Positions 26,349-41,630 of a stretch of DNA of 64,000 nt are shown one piece after another. The position numbers were made by a program, and so were the translations under genes. The notes under the pieces were generated by a model. It was not told where the DNA came from, searched no databases, and saw only the letters and a list, made by a program, of their open reading frames with translations. This DNA comes from Eledone cirrhosa (taxonomy: Eukaryota): contig OZ024744.1 of the NCBI GenBank assembly GCA_964016885.1, forward strand, positions 46,872,001 to 46,936,000, given 5' to 3'. Numbering within the stretch: the first letter of the stretch is position 1; every line of letters starts with the position of its first letter.

Positions 26349-28900
26349 ATATTGTTATACTTTGGGAGGGTCATGTTGCCAATAGAAACACACGCACCAG
26401 TTGCTTTCACTTCAATTTATTATAATAAATTTATAAATTTAGGAATTTATAAATTTTCCAGTTGGTTGGTTGGTTGGTTCCACAACCAGATGATTGTTTA
26501 TATATTGTCAAAGTTCATAAGTCACACATTCTGTGTCCTCTTCAGTGACTGAGGATTCTTTTCTTTGTTTTTGTGCCTCTCCTTTGTTCTGTCCTACGCC
26601 ATCTTGTTTTTGTGTGTGTGTTGTGTGCTTAGTTTGCGCATGTGTTACATCCGGGTGTCTGTGTGTGTTTATATTCGTTTATTTATTTGTTTATTTACAT
26701 GTTACTGGTTGGTTGTTTGTTCTATGTGCGTGTGTGTTTTCATTTTGTCCTTAATTGTAAGTTGTGATGTTGCTATTCCATTCATGTTTTCTATTTAATT
26801 TTGGTTGGAGTTCATTTATGTTTATTGCCTCTGTGATTTGTCTAAACATTGCGTCTTTTCTGTGTGTAGATTCTATTTTTATTTCTATGTTCTCTATTTT
26901 ACCCTTATGTACTATTTTAGCATGTTGGTAGAGTACAGATGATTGTTTACTATCTTGAAGGTCTCGCCAGTGTTCATTTATCCGTTCCCCTATACTACGA
27001 GCTGTTTCACCTATGTACACTATATTGTTATCTCTACATTGTCCTTCAGTACATCTTATGCTATATACTACATTTCTAGTTTTACAGTTAATATGGGGGC
27101 TTAATTTACAGATTATACATTTCTTATCTATACAGGGAGTTCTTTGAAAAGGGTATGTATTGCTAATAAGTGTTTTTATGGAGGTACCTGGTCTTTCTAC
27201 TATCTTACTCTGATTTTATCTCTTTGATTGCAACCAGAGAACTGCATACGGTGGATGAAGTGTTGTATGTGTCTCTCTAGTTCTTTGGGGTTGCACATGC
27301 GGGACACGTTTCTCATCACCTGTACCAAATCTGCAATCAGTATTTTGATTTTGGTATGGTCCAAAACAGCTGAGTTTCGGTGGATCAGATATTTGGAAGT
27401 CATGGGTTTGGCATAATGGGAATGGAGGATTTGTTTTTTGTTATTAATGGTATCTAACCAGAGCTCTGTGTCTAGCACAGGTAATCGATGGTTGGGGTGT
27501 TTGCTTGGGTAGACTATAGTAACACTCTGGTGGTTGGAGTTAGCTATTTGCTGGATGCTTTCCATTGTGTTTTTCTCTAATTCCTGACTGTTCTCTAGTG
27601 GGGGTGTTTTTACTACGATGTTTATATCATCAACGTAGCGGGAGTACATTATCAGGGTTAAGGGGTCTTCTAATTGTTCTTTAAGTTTAAGTTTAAGTCT
27701 ACTGTCCCACCATACCATGAATAGGTTAGCTATGTCGCCTGCAATGCTAACACCAATGGCTGATCCCTCCTCTTGGGCATATGTTTTTCCATTAAATTTG
27801 AACATATGTTCCTTAAGGGTTAATTTTATGCTGGCCCCCACCGCATATGCAATCATTTTCTTTAGTTCATCGTGGTTTTCGGGGGGTCCGTATGGCTCTG
27901 GTCCACCCGTTCCATCTATCTGTGTGGGTTTTCTTTGCCATTGAGGTAATGGTAGGTGGTCTGCCTCTTGCTGGTCTTGTAGGGCACAGGTTGCTAAGGC
28001 CATATGTATCTAGATAATTATTACTATAGGTAAGTTTAAGTAGGAGTCCCAGCTCACTGGTATCAATCCAACGGAATTCAACATTGCTCTCACTGATCAT
28101 TTCTACGCATTTCTCCACAGCAAAATCCACGTCAATAGATGGATACAGGGACACAACATCCATACTACCTATTATGCAGTTTGTTAGGTCCCTAGATCGG
28201 TTACTCTCGCCGATTCTGCTGAAGAGGCCCTCCGTGCTGTCACATACATCTGGGAACATTTCAATGATGGGGCGTATGATCAGGGAGAGGAAGTAGGAAA
28301 GTCTGTAGTTACTAGCAATGTTAGGTCCACAGACTGGCCGTGTTGGTGGTCCTGTGACAGGGTCACTGCTCGTTTTATGGTCTTTTCGAAGCCCATACAA
28401 CGCTGGCGCGTCATTGTTACAGTCCTGGAAGTTGTTGGCAGTACTTTTGTTGGGCTGCATTATATTTGTCCACATCATCATATGGGCTTTGCGGGCTTTT
28501 TCCCTATCCTCATGCTCTTGTGGTGTTACTTCTCTTGTGTTAGTGATGTGGGGTTGCATTGCCTCGCTGTAGTTTGGCAGACTGTCAACCGACATTCTGC
28601 CAGACTTGTCTGTTGGAAAGCATGCTATCTCTCAATTACGCGAGCGCTGCATGAGCTTACGGAAGCCATTTGCAGATTTTTCTCCCAGTTGCTGGGCCTC
28701 CATTCTATTATGCTTCTTGCTATAGTGTTCTATAATATTTCTAAGTTTAGATCTAGCTATACTAAATTGTGCTTCTGTTTGTTCATCGACCTGCGACGGC
28801 AATTGCGTGCGTTTGTTAAAAGCTAAAGTCGTGGCGTGGACTCGTCGCAGGTCGAACGACTTATCGGAAGTATTATAAAAAGTAGAGTTCAAGGCTGCTG
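26349..28900 (-). mobile_element. Penelope-like element: RT + GIY-YIG endonuclease + pseudo-LTR, disrupted
   Basis: DKSG motif, LYGLRKDHK, SMDVVSLYPSI, GSAIG, RYVDD (27200-28595); YIGET GIY-YIG (26751-27020). Confidence 0.92.
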
Positions 28901-28958
28901 CTTTATGTGTACTAATGCTATTGTTATTGTTAGTTGTGTTGTTTCTATTTCTATTTCC

Positions 28959-29866
28959 AGGTGAATTAGCTTACAAATGTAGAAGGGCCCTAGATAAACA
29001 TAAACTCAATATTAAGATAGTAGAAAGACCAGGTACCTCCATAAAAACACTTATTAGCAATACATACCCTTTTCAAAGAACTCCCTGTATAAATAAGAAA
29101 TGTATAATCTGTAAATTAAGGCCCCATATTAACTGTAAAACTAGAAATGTAGTATATAGCATAAGATGTACTGAAGGACAATGTAGAGATAACAATATAG
29201 TGTACATAGGTGAACAGCTCGTAGTATAGGGGAACGGATAAATGAACACTGGCTAGACCTTCAAGATAGTAAACAATCATCTGTACTCTACCAACATGCT
29301 AAAATAGTACATAAGGGTAAAATAGAGAACATAGAAATAAAAATAGAATCTACACACAGAAAAGACGCAATGTTTAGACAAATCACAGAGGCAATAAGCA
29401 TAAATGAACTCCAACCAAAATTAAATAGAAAACATGAATGGAACAGCAACATCACAACTTACAATTAAGGACAAAATGAAAACACACACGCACATAGAAC
29501 AAACAACCAACCAGTAACATATAAATAAACAAATAAATAAACGAATATAAACACACACAGACACCCGGATGTAACACATGCGCAAACTAAGCACACATCA
29601 CACACACAAAAACAAGATGGCGTAGGACAGAACAAAGGAGAAGCACAAAAACAAAGAAAAGAATCCTCAGTCACTGAAGAGGTCACAGAATGTGTGACGA
29701 AAGAACTTTGACAATATATAAACAATCATCTGGTTGTGGAACCAGCCAACCAACCGGAAATTTATAAATTCATAAATTTATAAATTTATTATAATAAATT
29801 GAAGTGAAAGCAACTGATGCGTGTGTTTCTTATTGACAACATGACCCTCTCAAGGTATAACAATAT
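28959..29866 (+). mobile_element. Inverted 3' segment/pseudo-LTR of the same Penelope-like element
   Basis: 29013-29866 is the reverse complement of 26349-27206; encodes the CxxxxCxxC region and YIGE. Confidence 0.92.
29670..29712 (+). ncRNA. Minimal hammerhead ribozyme in the PLE pseudo-LTR
   Basis: gtca-CTGAAGA-g-gtcaca-gaatg-tgtgac-GAAA-gaac-TT-tgac; mutated mirror copy at ~26507-26549(-). Confidence 0.65.
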
Positions 29867-30624
29867 ATATATATATATGCATATGTGTAGCGAATCTATC
29901 TACATGTTGATCCCTGGGTAACATTTAACGGTCATTTTCTGTGTTAACTCCTTTTGAGCTGAGATTGGGCGACCTCAAAAGGTCAGCCCTTTGTTCTCAA
30001 GCCTTGGAGACAGAGGACATGATATAGATAAATAGCCCGTCTTAGATGAGGCCAAGCAGTTTGGAGCATTTCTTGATAAAGTAAACGTGTAAACAATTGC
30101 TTTCCACAGACCCCTTTGGTCTCAGTGACTCTTACTCTCTCTCTTTTTCACCCAATCTCTCTCTCTTGGTGTCTCTCTCAACCCAGCCAGTGAAGTTCAT
30201 GAAGTTTTCTTGATAAATAAGACTTCAACTCTACTTTTACAAACAAATAATGTACATAATTCCTGTTCATTTTTCATATAGCTTTGGCGTAAGCTATTTT
30301 CAATAAATTAATAATACAGCAGTTTTGTATTATTATGGTTCATTTCTATATATTGATTTTCTGTATGATCAAGGAACTATCATATCATCATCATCTTAAT
30401 GAACACTTACTCACTTACCTGAACTCATGCAACCTGTGGTCACACTATCACACAACAGTGACCACAGCAACAAATGAACCAACACTAATACACGATCAAC
30501 TACCAACACAACCCTCAAATTATTGCTATATATGTACACAGGCACATATGATGGCTGCCCCTCGTTATCAAGTATGGCCATTGCACGAAACAGAAATAAT
30601 AATAATAACAACAATAATAATAAT

Positions 30625-30803
30625 AATTGTTTCTACTTTAGGAACAAGGCTGCAATTACCCAGTGCATTACTGGTACTTTATTTTATCGACCCCGTAAGG
30701 ATGAAAGGCAAAGTTAACTTCGGCGGGATTTGAACTCAGACTGTAAAAGGACGTAACTATGCTAGAAAGCATGGCGTCCAACCCTCTACCGATACTGCCA
30801 ATT
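30625..30803 (-). mobile_element. tRNA-derived SINE family 2
   Basis: Reverse complement of 2550-2740. Confidence 0.75.
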
Positions 30804-30966
30804 CAATAATAATAATAATAAATTATATATATATGTGTATATATATGTATAGTCACACACACATACATATACACACACACACATACATATACACACACAC
30901 AACAATTAACAGTGTTACGATCGAATGTGGCTTTTTAGACAAGCCAATAATTTAAAATGTCTTGCA

Positions 30967-31550
30967 CAGCATATACTCTATATATGCAGTATTTATACAT
31001 AGTGTATATATTGTCTATATGTAGCATATACTCTATATATGCAGTATTTATACATAGTGTATATATTGTCTATATGTAGCATATACTCTATATATGCAGT
31101 ATTTATACATAGTGTATATATTGTCTATATGTAGCATATACTCTATATATGCAGTATTTATACTTAGTGTATATATTGTCTATATGTAGCATATAATCTA
31201 TATATGCAGTATTTATACATAGTGTATATATTGTCTATATGTAGCACATACACTATATATGCAGTATTTATATATAGTGTATATATTGTGTATATGTAGC
31301 ACATACACTATATACATATTATTTATATGTATATATATATAGTGTATATTTTGTGTATATGTAGCACATTCACTATATACATAGTATTTATATATATATA
31401 TATATATAGTATATATTTTGTGTATCTGTAGCACATACACTATACACATATTATTTATATGTATATATATATAGTGTATATTTTGTGTATATGTAGCACA
31501 TTCACTATATACATAGTATTTATATATATATATAGTGTATATTTTGTGTA
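30967..31550. repeat. 55-bp minisatellite, expanded copy
   Basis: Units starting at 31021, 31076, 31131 and onward. Confidence 0.9.
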
Positions 31551-34500
31551 TCATCATTATATCTACTTTTCCATGCTTGCACGAGTTGGACGGGTCCTTC
31601 TTAGCACGACATCTCTCCACTAGATGCATTCCTTCGTCATCTTCTCTTCCAGTCTTCACGATTTGAGTTAAGCTCTCACAACATTTGCCCCTGACTTTCT
31701 TGGTCATCCTCTACAGCAGCTTCCTTCCACTAGGATTTCCTCAGTTGGTCCAAGCTCTGTATTTCTCTCACATATACGTTGCAGATCCTACAAAACATGG
31801 TTGCTTCATTTTTCCCCAGCCTAATCGCATCATCTGCAGTCACAGCCCATGTTTCTCTACCATGCAATATTGTGTACTTCACACAGGCTTTATATACCCT
31901 TCTTTTGTGTGTAGGGAAAAACCTTATGCTATCAGCAGTAGTAGTTCACTAAACTTCCATCCTATCCTTATTCAAGCCATCATACTCTTGGCACACCGTC
32001 CTCTGCTGCTGATTAGGGCACCTAGATAGCAGAAGCTATCAACCAAATCTATAGATCCTTCCTGTGACTGGAAACAGTTAATAATAGTAGCACTCTTCCT
32101 CTCAATTTCTGCTGTGTTGCCTAACCAACCACTTCCTCTCTGTCCCCACACTGCTGATTTCCTTCTGAAAATTAAAAAGACACCAGCCCACTCGAGGAAG
32201 GAGTCCCATGAGGTGGGGTGGATGTTGCAGTGGGTGTCTCTGGCTATTCTTTGTGGTAACACCTTTGCCATTTTGTCTGTAGGGTGGGGCTGAATCACAG
32301 CTCAGACAGGAATATACTGTCTGACCCTCACCCATTGTTTTCGTTGCTTGATTTGTTTTCGTTTTCCGTATTTTCATTTCCATTTCTTAAATATTTGATT
32401 ACCTTTAATAATGTATTTTGGTTTAATATGAACAGTTATATAAAATTCTGAATTTTATTTACACTAATCCGAATAAAGAACTAGCATATTGATTGAACAT
32501 TTGAATTAATATAACTGAAGTTGTTTCTGAATGCATTAAATTATGTACATCATGTCACCATCCGGAAAAGGAAACACTGCCATCTTAATTATAACTTAAT
32601 CTAATTATATTTTATGTAGTAATTATCTCATGTTAAAGTGAAAGTTAATATTTTGTAGATAACATAGAGTGAGCTACATGTTTCAATGTAGGTGTTGCTA
32701 CATGATTAAATATTTCATTTCATCTGAGAAATCTTTTACAGATAGTTTGCTACTTAATAAACATATATGTCTTCAGACTGGAGGAAAGAAACTTCCAGTG
32801 TGAAATATGTTGGACATCTTTTATTCAGAATTCTACTTGTGTTGGCCACATAGTCAGACTGCCGAAAAAGGACTTTCCCCTGTGAAATATGTGTTAAATA
32901 TTTTGTGACTAACAGTAACTTAGAAACACACACACTGGGGATAAAACTGTGAACCCTAAGATACCCTTCCTTTTCCCAGTCTAAACTTATTGTCCACCAA
33001 CATCAAAAATGTAACTATAACAGTTCTACAGACACAATATTTTAAATATGTTTTTAACTGGAATCAAAATCCTTTGCATGTCTAATTTTTGTCTTCCTAG
33101 ATTCATTTTTAATGATATAAATGCAAAATTCTTTTTCTTTTTTTCTTTGTTTGCAACAGCTAAAATTCTCTGTTGTAATGTATAATTGAGAGACCCTCTA
33201 TCATCTGAGGTAATGATGTGTCTTGTCTCTATCACCTGAACTAATGCTGTGTCTTGTCTCAGATATGTTAGAGGTCAACACCAACATTCCCTGTGGTGGT
33301 GTCTAATTGAGAGACTCTCTATCACCTGAACTAATGCTGTCAGTGTCTTGTCTCAGAAATATTAGAAAGCAGCACCAACATTATCACTTATTGAACTCAT
33401 ATTGTATGCCATTTAACAAGTGCTGCGTTATTGTTCAATTATTTAATGACAACCAATCATATCACAATTATGTGTTTCAAGTGTGCTCATATTTTTACCT
33501 AAACTGGGGTACACAATTTTATCCAACAGGTTTGAAGTACAGCCTTACAGCTCCAGGAGTACACTATTATTTCTGTTGCAATAGAATTACATTCAGTGTT
33601 GTTACATCCTCACTTTTGTTCTCCAGTTCAACATTTCTTCAGTTCAACAGTTCAACATTTCTCCAGTTCTCGAGCTCAACAGTTTGACATTTCTCCAGTT
33701 TAACAGTTCTCAAATTCAACAGTTCTTCAGTTCAACATTTCTCCAGTTATCGAGCTCAACAGTTCGACATTTCATCAGTTCAACATTTCTTCAGTTCAAC
33801 AGTTCTACAGTTTTACAGTTTATTGTGCTTTATTGTGTTGAAATAGAAATTTACAAATAACTGTTACTAGTTACACATTTAATTGAAGGAGTGTATATGT
33901 CTTTTCCTGGTTTTTATATTCTTTCTTTTTAGCGTAAATCATTTATTAGATTTTCATAATATATTAAATAAATTATATTTATCTCCTGAAATTCAATCTA
34001 TTTTTGTTAAGTAAAGAGTTACATTTGATGAATTTGTCCAGTCTGTGATTCCATATTTTTGTTATTTTCCCATCTAAATATCTGCTATGAACACCATATG
34101 TAATGATATCTTGAAAGTAGTTAGAATAAATCAAATACAAACACTTCATTGGTATTTGAAATGTTTAAAATTCTATTGGATGTTGTTGTTTTTAAAACTT
34201 GTGAGGCCCTAGAGGTTTTAATGTCTACTTCAACACATCTCCATCACTATCTTCCAGGTTAACCCTTTCTCCATTCTGTCCTTAGCCAGGAGCATGAGGA
34301 AACTGGTACCTGAGTTTCTGCAGGCCAGAGAGAATTTTGAGACGCTGTATTGGCTGGTATCATTGGGGTAGCGATAGTATAGGTAACTGAGTATTGTTAG
34401 ACACAGCAAATAATGGTATTTGATGTAGGCACAGGCCCAATAATATTGGGGGTGGGGAAAGTTAAATCAACCTCAGTGCATTACTGGTACTTTATTTTAT

Positions 34501-35400
34501 CAACCATGTATGGATGAAAGGGATAGCTACTCTCCACATGATTTGAACTCAGAATGTAACAGGACATAACTATATGATGCAAAGATTGTCGTCTGACGCT
34601 CTACCGATTACAGCCAATTTATTGCACTAGTTACACTAAATAAAAGTGTTTTGAGAAATTTGAAACAACAAACTTGTTAAATCTCTATTTATTTGTAAAT
34701 TAGGCTCAAGACCACCAATTTTTTGGGAGGGGCAAAGTTTATTAAATAAACCGTAGTACATATAATATATTTTATCCAGCCGAGAAGAATGAAATATAAA
34801 ATTTACCTCAGTGGGATTTGAACTCAGAATGTTAAGAACCAGGACAAATACTGCAATGGTAGGTTATCTGACACTCTACCAATTCTGTCATTCTACCATC
34901 TTTGTTTAAATCTAAATTAAAGTAAATCTAGAATATATCCTTCTACCATTTGAAATTCTACTGAAATCATCTCAGAACAACACAGTAGTGTTTCAATAGA
35001 GCTGTTATTTATTAAATCATTTATTTAAACCGTCCGTATCCGGCCAGAATTCTCTTACATTTTCTGTTCCAACTGGCCCTAACAGGCCGCTCATGCTGAT
35101 GTTAAGGTATTGTTCCCAAAATAAATAATTTCAAAATCTCATAGATGCAATATTTTGTGAGATAATTATGTTTACTGCAAACATATAATAGTAAATATAG
35201 AGTAACGTTAATGATAAAGGGTTAACTAAACATAGAAGAAAACCAGACGTTACTGGATATTAATTCAGTGATTAGTGCTAAGGGAGACAACACCGTCTGG
35301 CTTAAATTAAGTCCCAGGTTAGTATGAGCAAGTAAACTTATAATTAAAGGTTTTCCTGTCGTGACAATAAACTATAATGGCATATGTATATGAGTGTATA
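31550..35400 (+). repeat. Segmental duplicate of ~12585-16540 + 19016-19650, without the RTE insertion
   Basis: Colinear similarity, e.g. MRDSLSPELML ORF-like text at 15087 and 33307. Confidence 0.9.
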
Positions 35401-35458
35401 TATGTATATATATAGAGAGAGATGTGAGAAAAACCACAGACCCTCCATCTCAACTCTA

Positions 35459-35494
35459 CTTTTGAAAAGCAGAAGAACTGCGAAACCGGTAAAG
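35459..35494 (+). ncRNA. Minimal hammerhead, U3-A8 variant (paralogue of 23125-23160, single arm)
   Basis: ctt-TTGAAAA-gcagaagaactgc-GAAA-ccgg-TA-aag. Confidence 0.6.
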
Positions 35495-35656
35495 GAACTA
35501 AATAAATATATATATTTTTAAAAAAATAGGACTCCAGTTGCATTTTCGATTTCATCTTTTTTTCTTTATACTTTCACTCGTGTAGGACACCTTGGTTATT
35601 TTTCATTTTGTAACCCCCCCCCCCAAAAAAAAACCCCTCACTTTCTAATATATATA

Positions 35657-35988
35657 TCATCATCATCATCATCATCATCATTTTACGTCCACTTTTCCCT
35701 GCTTGGGACAGGAACTGATTCTGGCTTGATTTCTACAGCTGGATGCCCTTCCTAACACCAACCTCATTTACAGTGAGTGCTGGGTGCTTTTTTGCCGTGG
35801 CACCTCCACGTCCACTTTGCAGTGGAATGATATGGACCCCAGTCCCTATCATCTCATTTCTACAGCTGAGTAAACTGGAGCAATGGGAAATAAAGTGTCT
35901 TGCTCAAGGAAACAACACATCACCCGGTCTGAGAATTGAACTCACAACCTTTCGATTGCAAGGCCAATGCTCTAACCACTAAGCCACA
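35657..35988 (-). mobile_element. tRNA-derived CORE-like SINE
   Basis: Homologous to 378-719. Confidence 0.8.
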
Positions 35989-36164
35989 TATATATATTTA
36001 AAGGTTAAACAAGGTTCAATGAATAAATCAAAGAATGAGTTTTACAATAGATTGGAAGCACTCAACAGTTATGGTTTTCCGGAGTTATATATATATATAT
36101 AATTGTTTCTAATTTTGGCACAAGCCAGCTATTACCCCAGTGTATTATTGGTACTATATATATA

Positions 36165-36349
36165 TAATTGTTTCTACGTTAGGCACAAGGCCAGCAATTA
36201 CCCAGTGCATTACTGGTACTTTATTTTATCGACCCCGTAAGGATGAAAGGCAAAGTTGACCTCAGCGGTATTTGAACTCAGAATGAAAAGGGCCGTAACT
36301 CCATGCGTCAAAGCATGGCGTCCGACCCTCTACCGATACTGCCATCCAC
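36165..36349 (-). mobile_element. tRNA-derived SINE family 2
   Basis: Reverse complement of 2550-2740. Confidence 0.75.
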
Positions 36350-36493
36350 ATTTGATGTGTTTTGATTCATTATTTGAGTATATAACCAATCAAATATGTT
36401 TAGAATGTTGTGTTTCTCAATAAGCAAACTCAATAGATTTTATCTAGAGCCATAACAACCAAATACAAAGATATATGTATATATATATATATA

Positions 36494-37700
36494 GCTTTCA
36501 ATTCTGTGCCACACAAAAGACTTATGGCAAAACTCTCTGCAATGGGTGTGAAGGATGATCTTTTTAACTGGTTGAAGTCCTTCATTCTCAGTCGAAGAAA
36601 GGTAGTCACGGTTCTGGGACAGCATTCCTCACCATATGAGATGTCATCTGGTGTACCACAGGGATCTGTTCTTGGTCCCCTTTTGTTTGTGGCATATATT
36701 AATGACATAGAGGCCAACTTAAAGAATTCCACACTACTAAAGTATGCAGATGACATCAATCTTTACCTTGAGATAAAAAGGACAGATCCTGAACACTATA
36801 GATCTTGCTTGCAGTATGACCTGGAAACATTGCAACAATGGATCTCAGACTGGCAACTCAAGCCAGCTGTTGACAAGTGCACAAGCATGCATTTTGGGAG
36901 TAAAAACCCAGCGTCCACATACTCCCTCCACAGCACTAATATCAAGAAGTCTTCTTGTGAACGTGACCTGGACATTACAGTCAGCAGCAATTTCTGTTGG
37001 ACAAAGCACGTCTCTAAAATTGTCAAGAAGGCCGAGGGCGTCTAAGCATCACTCAGCAAGACCTTTGTCAGCCGCTCTCCAGCTATCTATTTAAGGCTGT
37101 ACATGGCTATGGTGCGGCCACACTTACAATTTGCATCACCAGTCTGGAATCCCAATCTTGCTCAGAACATTGACTGCCTGGAAACTGTTCAGAGACGTGC
37201 AACCAAGCATATACCCTCCATCAGGCATCTACCATACCCTGAGCGCCTTCCTTCCCTGGGCATGGATACATTGAAGCTCCGACACCTGGCAACTGAGTTG
37301 GTAAACACTCACAAAATTGTTAACCATCTTGCCAACAACAACCCTGAGTACTTTTTTGATTTCCATGTGTCTAACACACGTGGGCATGCCCACAAAGTCA
37401 GAAAACAGTACAGTTCCCATGACTTTCGGAAACATTTTTTCATACTCAGAGTTGCTGAAGCATGGAACAAACTACCTGCATCAGTTGTTAGCTGTCGGGA
37501 TACTGCATCCTTTAACGCCTCCATGCTTCCTGAGATTCGCCAACACTACACCTAATGTTCCCCCTCCATACACATACACACATGTATATCATGACTCATA
37601 CACTATTCACTTCCCTGACATTTGTGTATTATTCTATGTACTATACATGCACCTTTGACGAGTTTTAGTGCACCTGAGCACTTTACACAATAATTTCATT
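36494..37700 (+). mobile_element. 5'-truncated CR1-like LINE (RT C-terminal half)
   Basis: SGVPQGSVLGPLLF, KYADD, VRPHLQFASPVWNP, TRGH, RVAEAWNKLP; one in-frame stop at 37043-37045. Confidence 0.9.
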
Positions 37701-37713
37701 ATATATTATATAC

Positions 37714-37746
<33 letters not shown>

Positions 37747-37758
37747 TAATAACCAAAT

Positions 37759-37798
<40 letters not shown>

Positions 37799-37829
37799 AG
37801 TGTAATTTACTACACAAAACGAAGGTTAT

Positions 37830-39127
<1,298 letters not shown>

Positions 39128-39439
39128 CATAACAACCAAATACAAAGATATATATATAGAGAGAGAAAGAGCCATATATTATATATCTTATACGATATTT
39201 GGCTCTTTCTCTCTCTATATATAACCAAGTGAAAAGATATATGTATATATATTTTCACTTGGTTATATATATATTATAAGAACAGATTAAAGTGTAAGCA
39301 AAGAATCACTGCTTTCACCTCTGGAGTGGTTGTGGGAGTATGTGTGTGTTTTTGTAGGATGTTAGTCATGGTAAGTTTTAACTGTAAGTTTTAACTGTGA
39401 GAGTTTATTCTCGAGATCCTACAAAAACACACACATACT

Positions 39440-39720
39440 TAGTTAACTTCAGATCTAAGAACCTTGTATACCTCTCATTGGACAAGGGAAAAGAGTTTTG
39501 TGTTATGACCAGAGAGGCCTACAACAACCGAGCCCACCAACATCTCAACTACGACAGTCTCTACTCGGACGTCACTGGAATTACACCAACACTGATAAAG
39601 AACTGGATTAATACTGGATTAAAACTGGATTAATACTGGACCAACATCTCGAAGGCTGCCATAGAGATTCTGGTAGAATTACATAACAAGAAACAGCAGG
39701 CTGCCCAACTTCTGCCATCT
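39440..39720 (+). mobile_element. Fragment of a second Penelope-like RT (DKG motif)
   Basis: LVYLSLDKGKEFCVMTREAYNNRAHQHL resembles the PLE N-terminal DKG region. Confidence 0.6.
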
Positions 39721-40153
39721 GATCATTTTACAGGACAGCAAAATGTTTTTTTAATCAGAAATCAGTGAACAATTAGGTTTTCCTAAATTTTCTTGACTTT
39801 ATTTGAAAACTAAAGTACGTATTATTCCATTTTCCATCACAACAGAAACATTGTGAACTTTTCTAGTGTTTAAAGTGAAATATCTTGACTTATTACAACA
39901 CGTACACACACATATTTCTACACATACGTCTATTTCTCTCTCTCTCATACGTACACACTGTATGTGTATATATATTAACATTCATCTTTTGAAATTATGG
40001 ATATTAATTCTCTTGTGACCCGAACTCTCCTCAATAACAAGAACCTTAACTATAGAAGATTTATTCGACTGTTTTATGAGCTGAGGATTTTAGTGTGAAT
40101 AGAGCTTCTCTCACCTTAACGAAAATAATAGTGGTATATTCCACAATAATCAC

Positions 40154-40227
<74 letters not shown>

Positions 40228-40636
40228 CACCAAGCACTCACTGTAAATGAGGTTGGTGTTAGGAAGGGCATCCAGCTGTAGAAATCAAGCCAGAATCAGT
40301 TCCCGTATGAGCAAGACAAAGTCACCCGACCGGACACTGCCCACAACAGGACAACCCGTCTAACTTATGCTAGATGTAATGTAACAGAACGGACGTAAAA
40401 TGGTGATGATGATGATGATATATATATATAGGCACTTGCTTTTTCTTCATCCAAGATTATTACTTGTACCAACTGAATGCTACATTACAAATTTGTAGAA
40501 GAAGAAAGCGGAGTTCTGAAGTCTTTTATGGACACTGTATATTAGACTAAATGGTATCTATTAACCATATCTACATTTCTTAATGTATGAGTAGAAGTGG
40601 TGAGAATCCTTTATGTAAAGGTCTCTAGCTAGAAAT

Positions 40637-40886
40637 ATGTCTGAATATAGCTGTGAGATTTGTAGGAATACTTTCTCTTCAAGACTGAAATTATCCTCAC
40701 ATGGGAAAATACACACTGGAGAAAACCCTTCCATTGTGAAATATGTGAGAAATCTTTTACTGATAATTCTAAACTTGTCGTCCACATACGGAGTCACACT
40801 GGAGAAAACCCTTCCATTGTGAAATATGTGAGAAATCTTTCACATGGAATTTTTCGCTGGTTGTTCACAAATGTAGTCAACACTAG
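40637..40886 (+). pseudogene. C2H2-ZNF paralogue (3 fingers), two -1 frameshifts in A-runs
   Basis: ggagaaaacccttcc instead of ggagaaaaacccttcc at ~40720 and ~40803. Confidence 0.85.
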
Positions 40887-41215
40887 TGATAAACCCCATC
40901 ACTGTGAAATGTGAAACACACAAATATACAGACACACTCTGGAAAGAAGAAAATAAATATATATATGTGTGTCTGTCTGTGTGTATATATATATATATTT
41001 ATATATATTGCTACTGAGGGTAGGATAACCTAATGAGCTGGCTCTTGTGGTGGATACATAAACATTGTAAGACCCTAGTGGGATGACTGAGATTGACCTA
41101 CATAGATCAGATGTCTCTGGGTGTCCAGCTGGAGATTAATGATTTCAGGAATGCCATGTGACATCTAAAAAAAGAAGAGTAGAATTGATCTGGCCAATCC
41201 ACATGACTTAATAAA

Positions 41216-41630
41216 TCTAAACTATAATAAAGTAAGGAGCGCGGGACTGCGTACGGTTTATAATATTTTATCCCAAGTTGCATTACTTTGAATAAATAAT
41301 GAATGAATATTACATAATTTATCTACTAAATTTCGTGGCTGTTGAATAAATATATTCTGTTTATTTAAAGATTCATTTCTTTAGAATTTCTGAAATGTCA
41401 ACACTTATGGTTGGACATCGCTTAAATAAACATTCATATATTTCTGTCACTAATTTTCTCCTAATACAGTTTATATATAATATCGTCTTTTTTAATGTAC
41501 CATGGATTATGTTAGTGATTAAATAAGACAGTGTAGCGCAGTCTTCGTTCAATTTCTATGTATTATATATTATCAATTATGATTATATTTGATGTATCAT
41601 ATCTACATGTATCTACGTATCTACCTGCGG
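41216..41630 (+). mobile_element. Helitron-like element copy (3' end missing)
   Basis: Homologous to 6632-7050; A|TC 5' junction. Confidence 0.5.

Noticed and set aside
26325-26355. Possible hammerhead ctgaaaa...gaaaccgata
   Set aside because: C3-A8 mismatch, non-palindromic stem III and no convincing stem I.
30545-30600. Possible hammerhead near tatgatggc...cgaaacag
   Set aside because: Core and stems I/III cannot be formed.
36451-37765. aaccaaatacaaa motif on both sides of the CR1 as a TSD
   Set aside because: Separated from the element ends by microsatellites, and a third copy occurs at ~39130; cannot be called a TSD.
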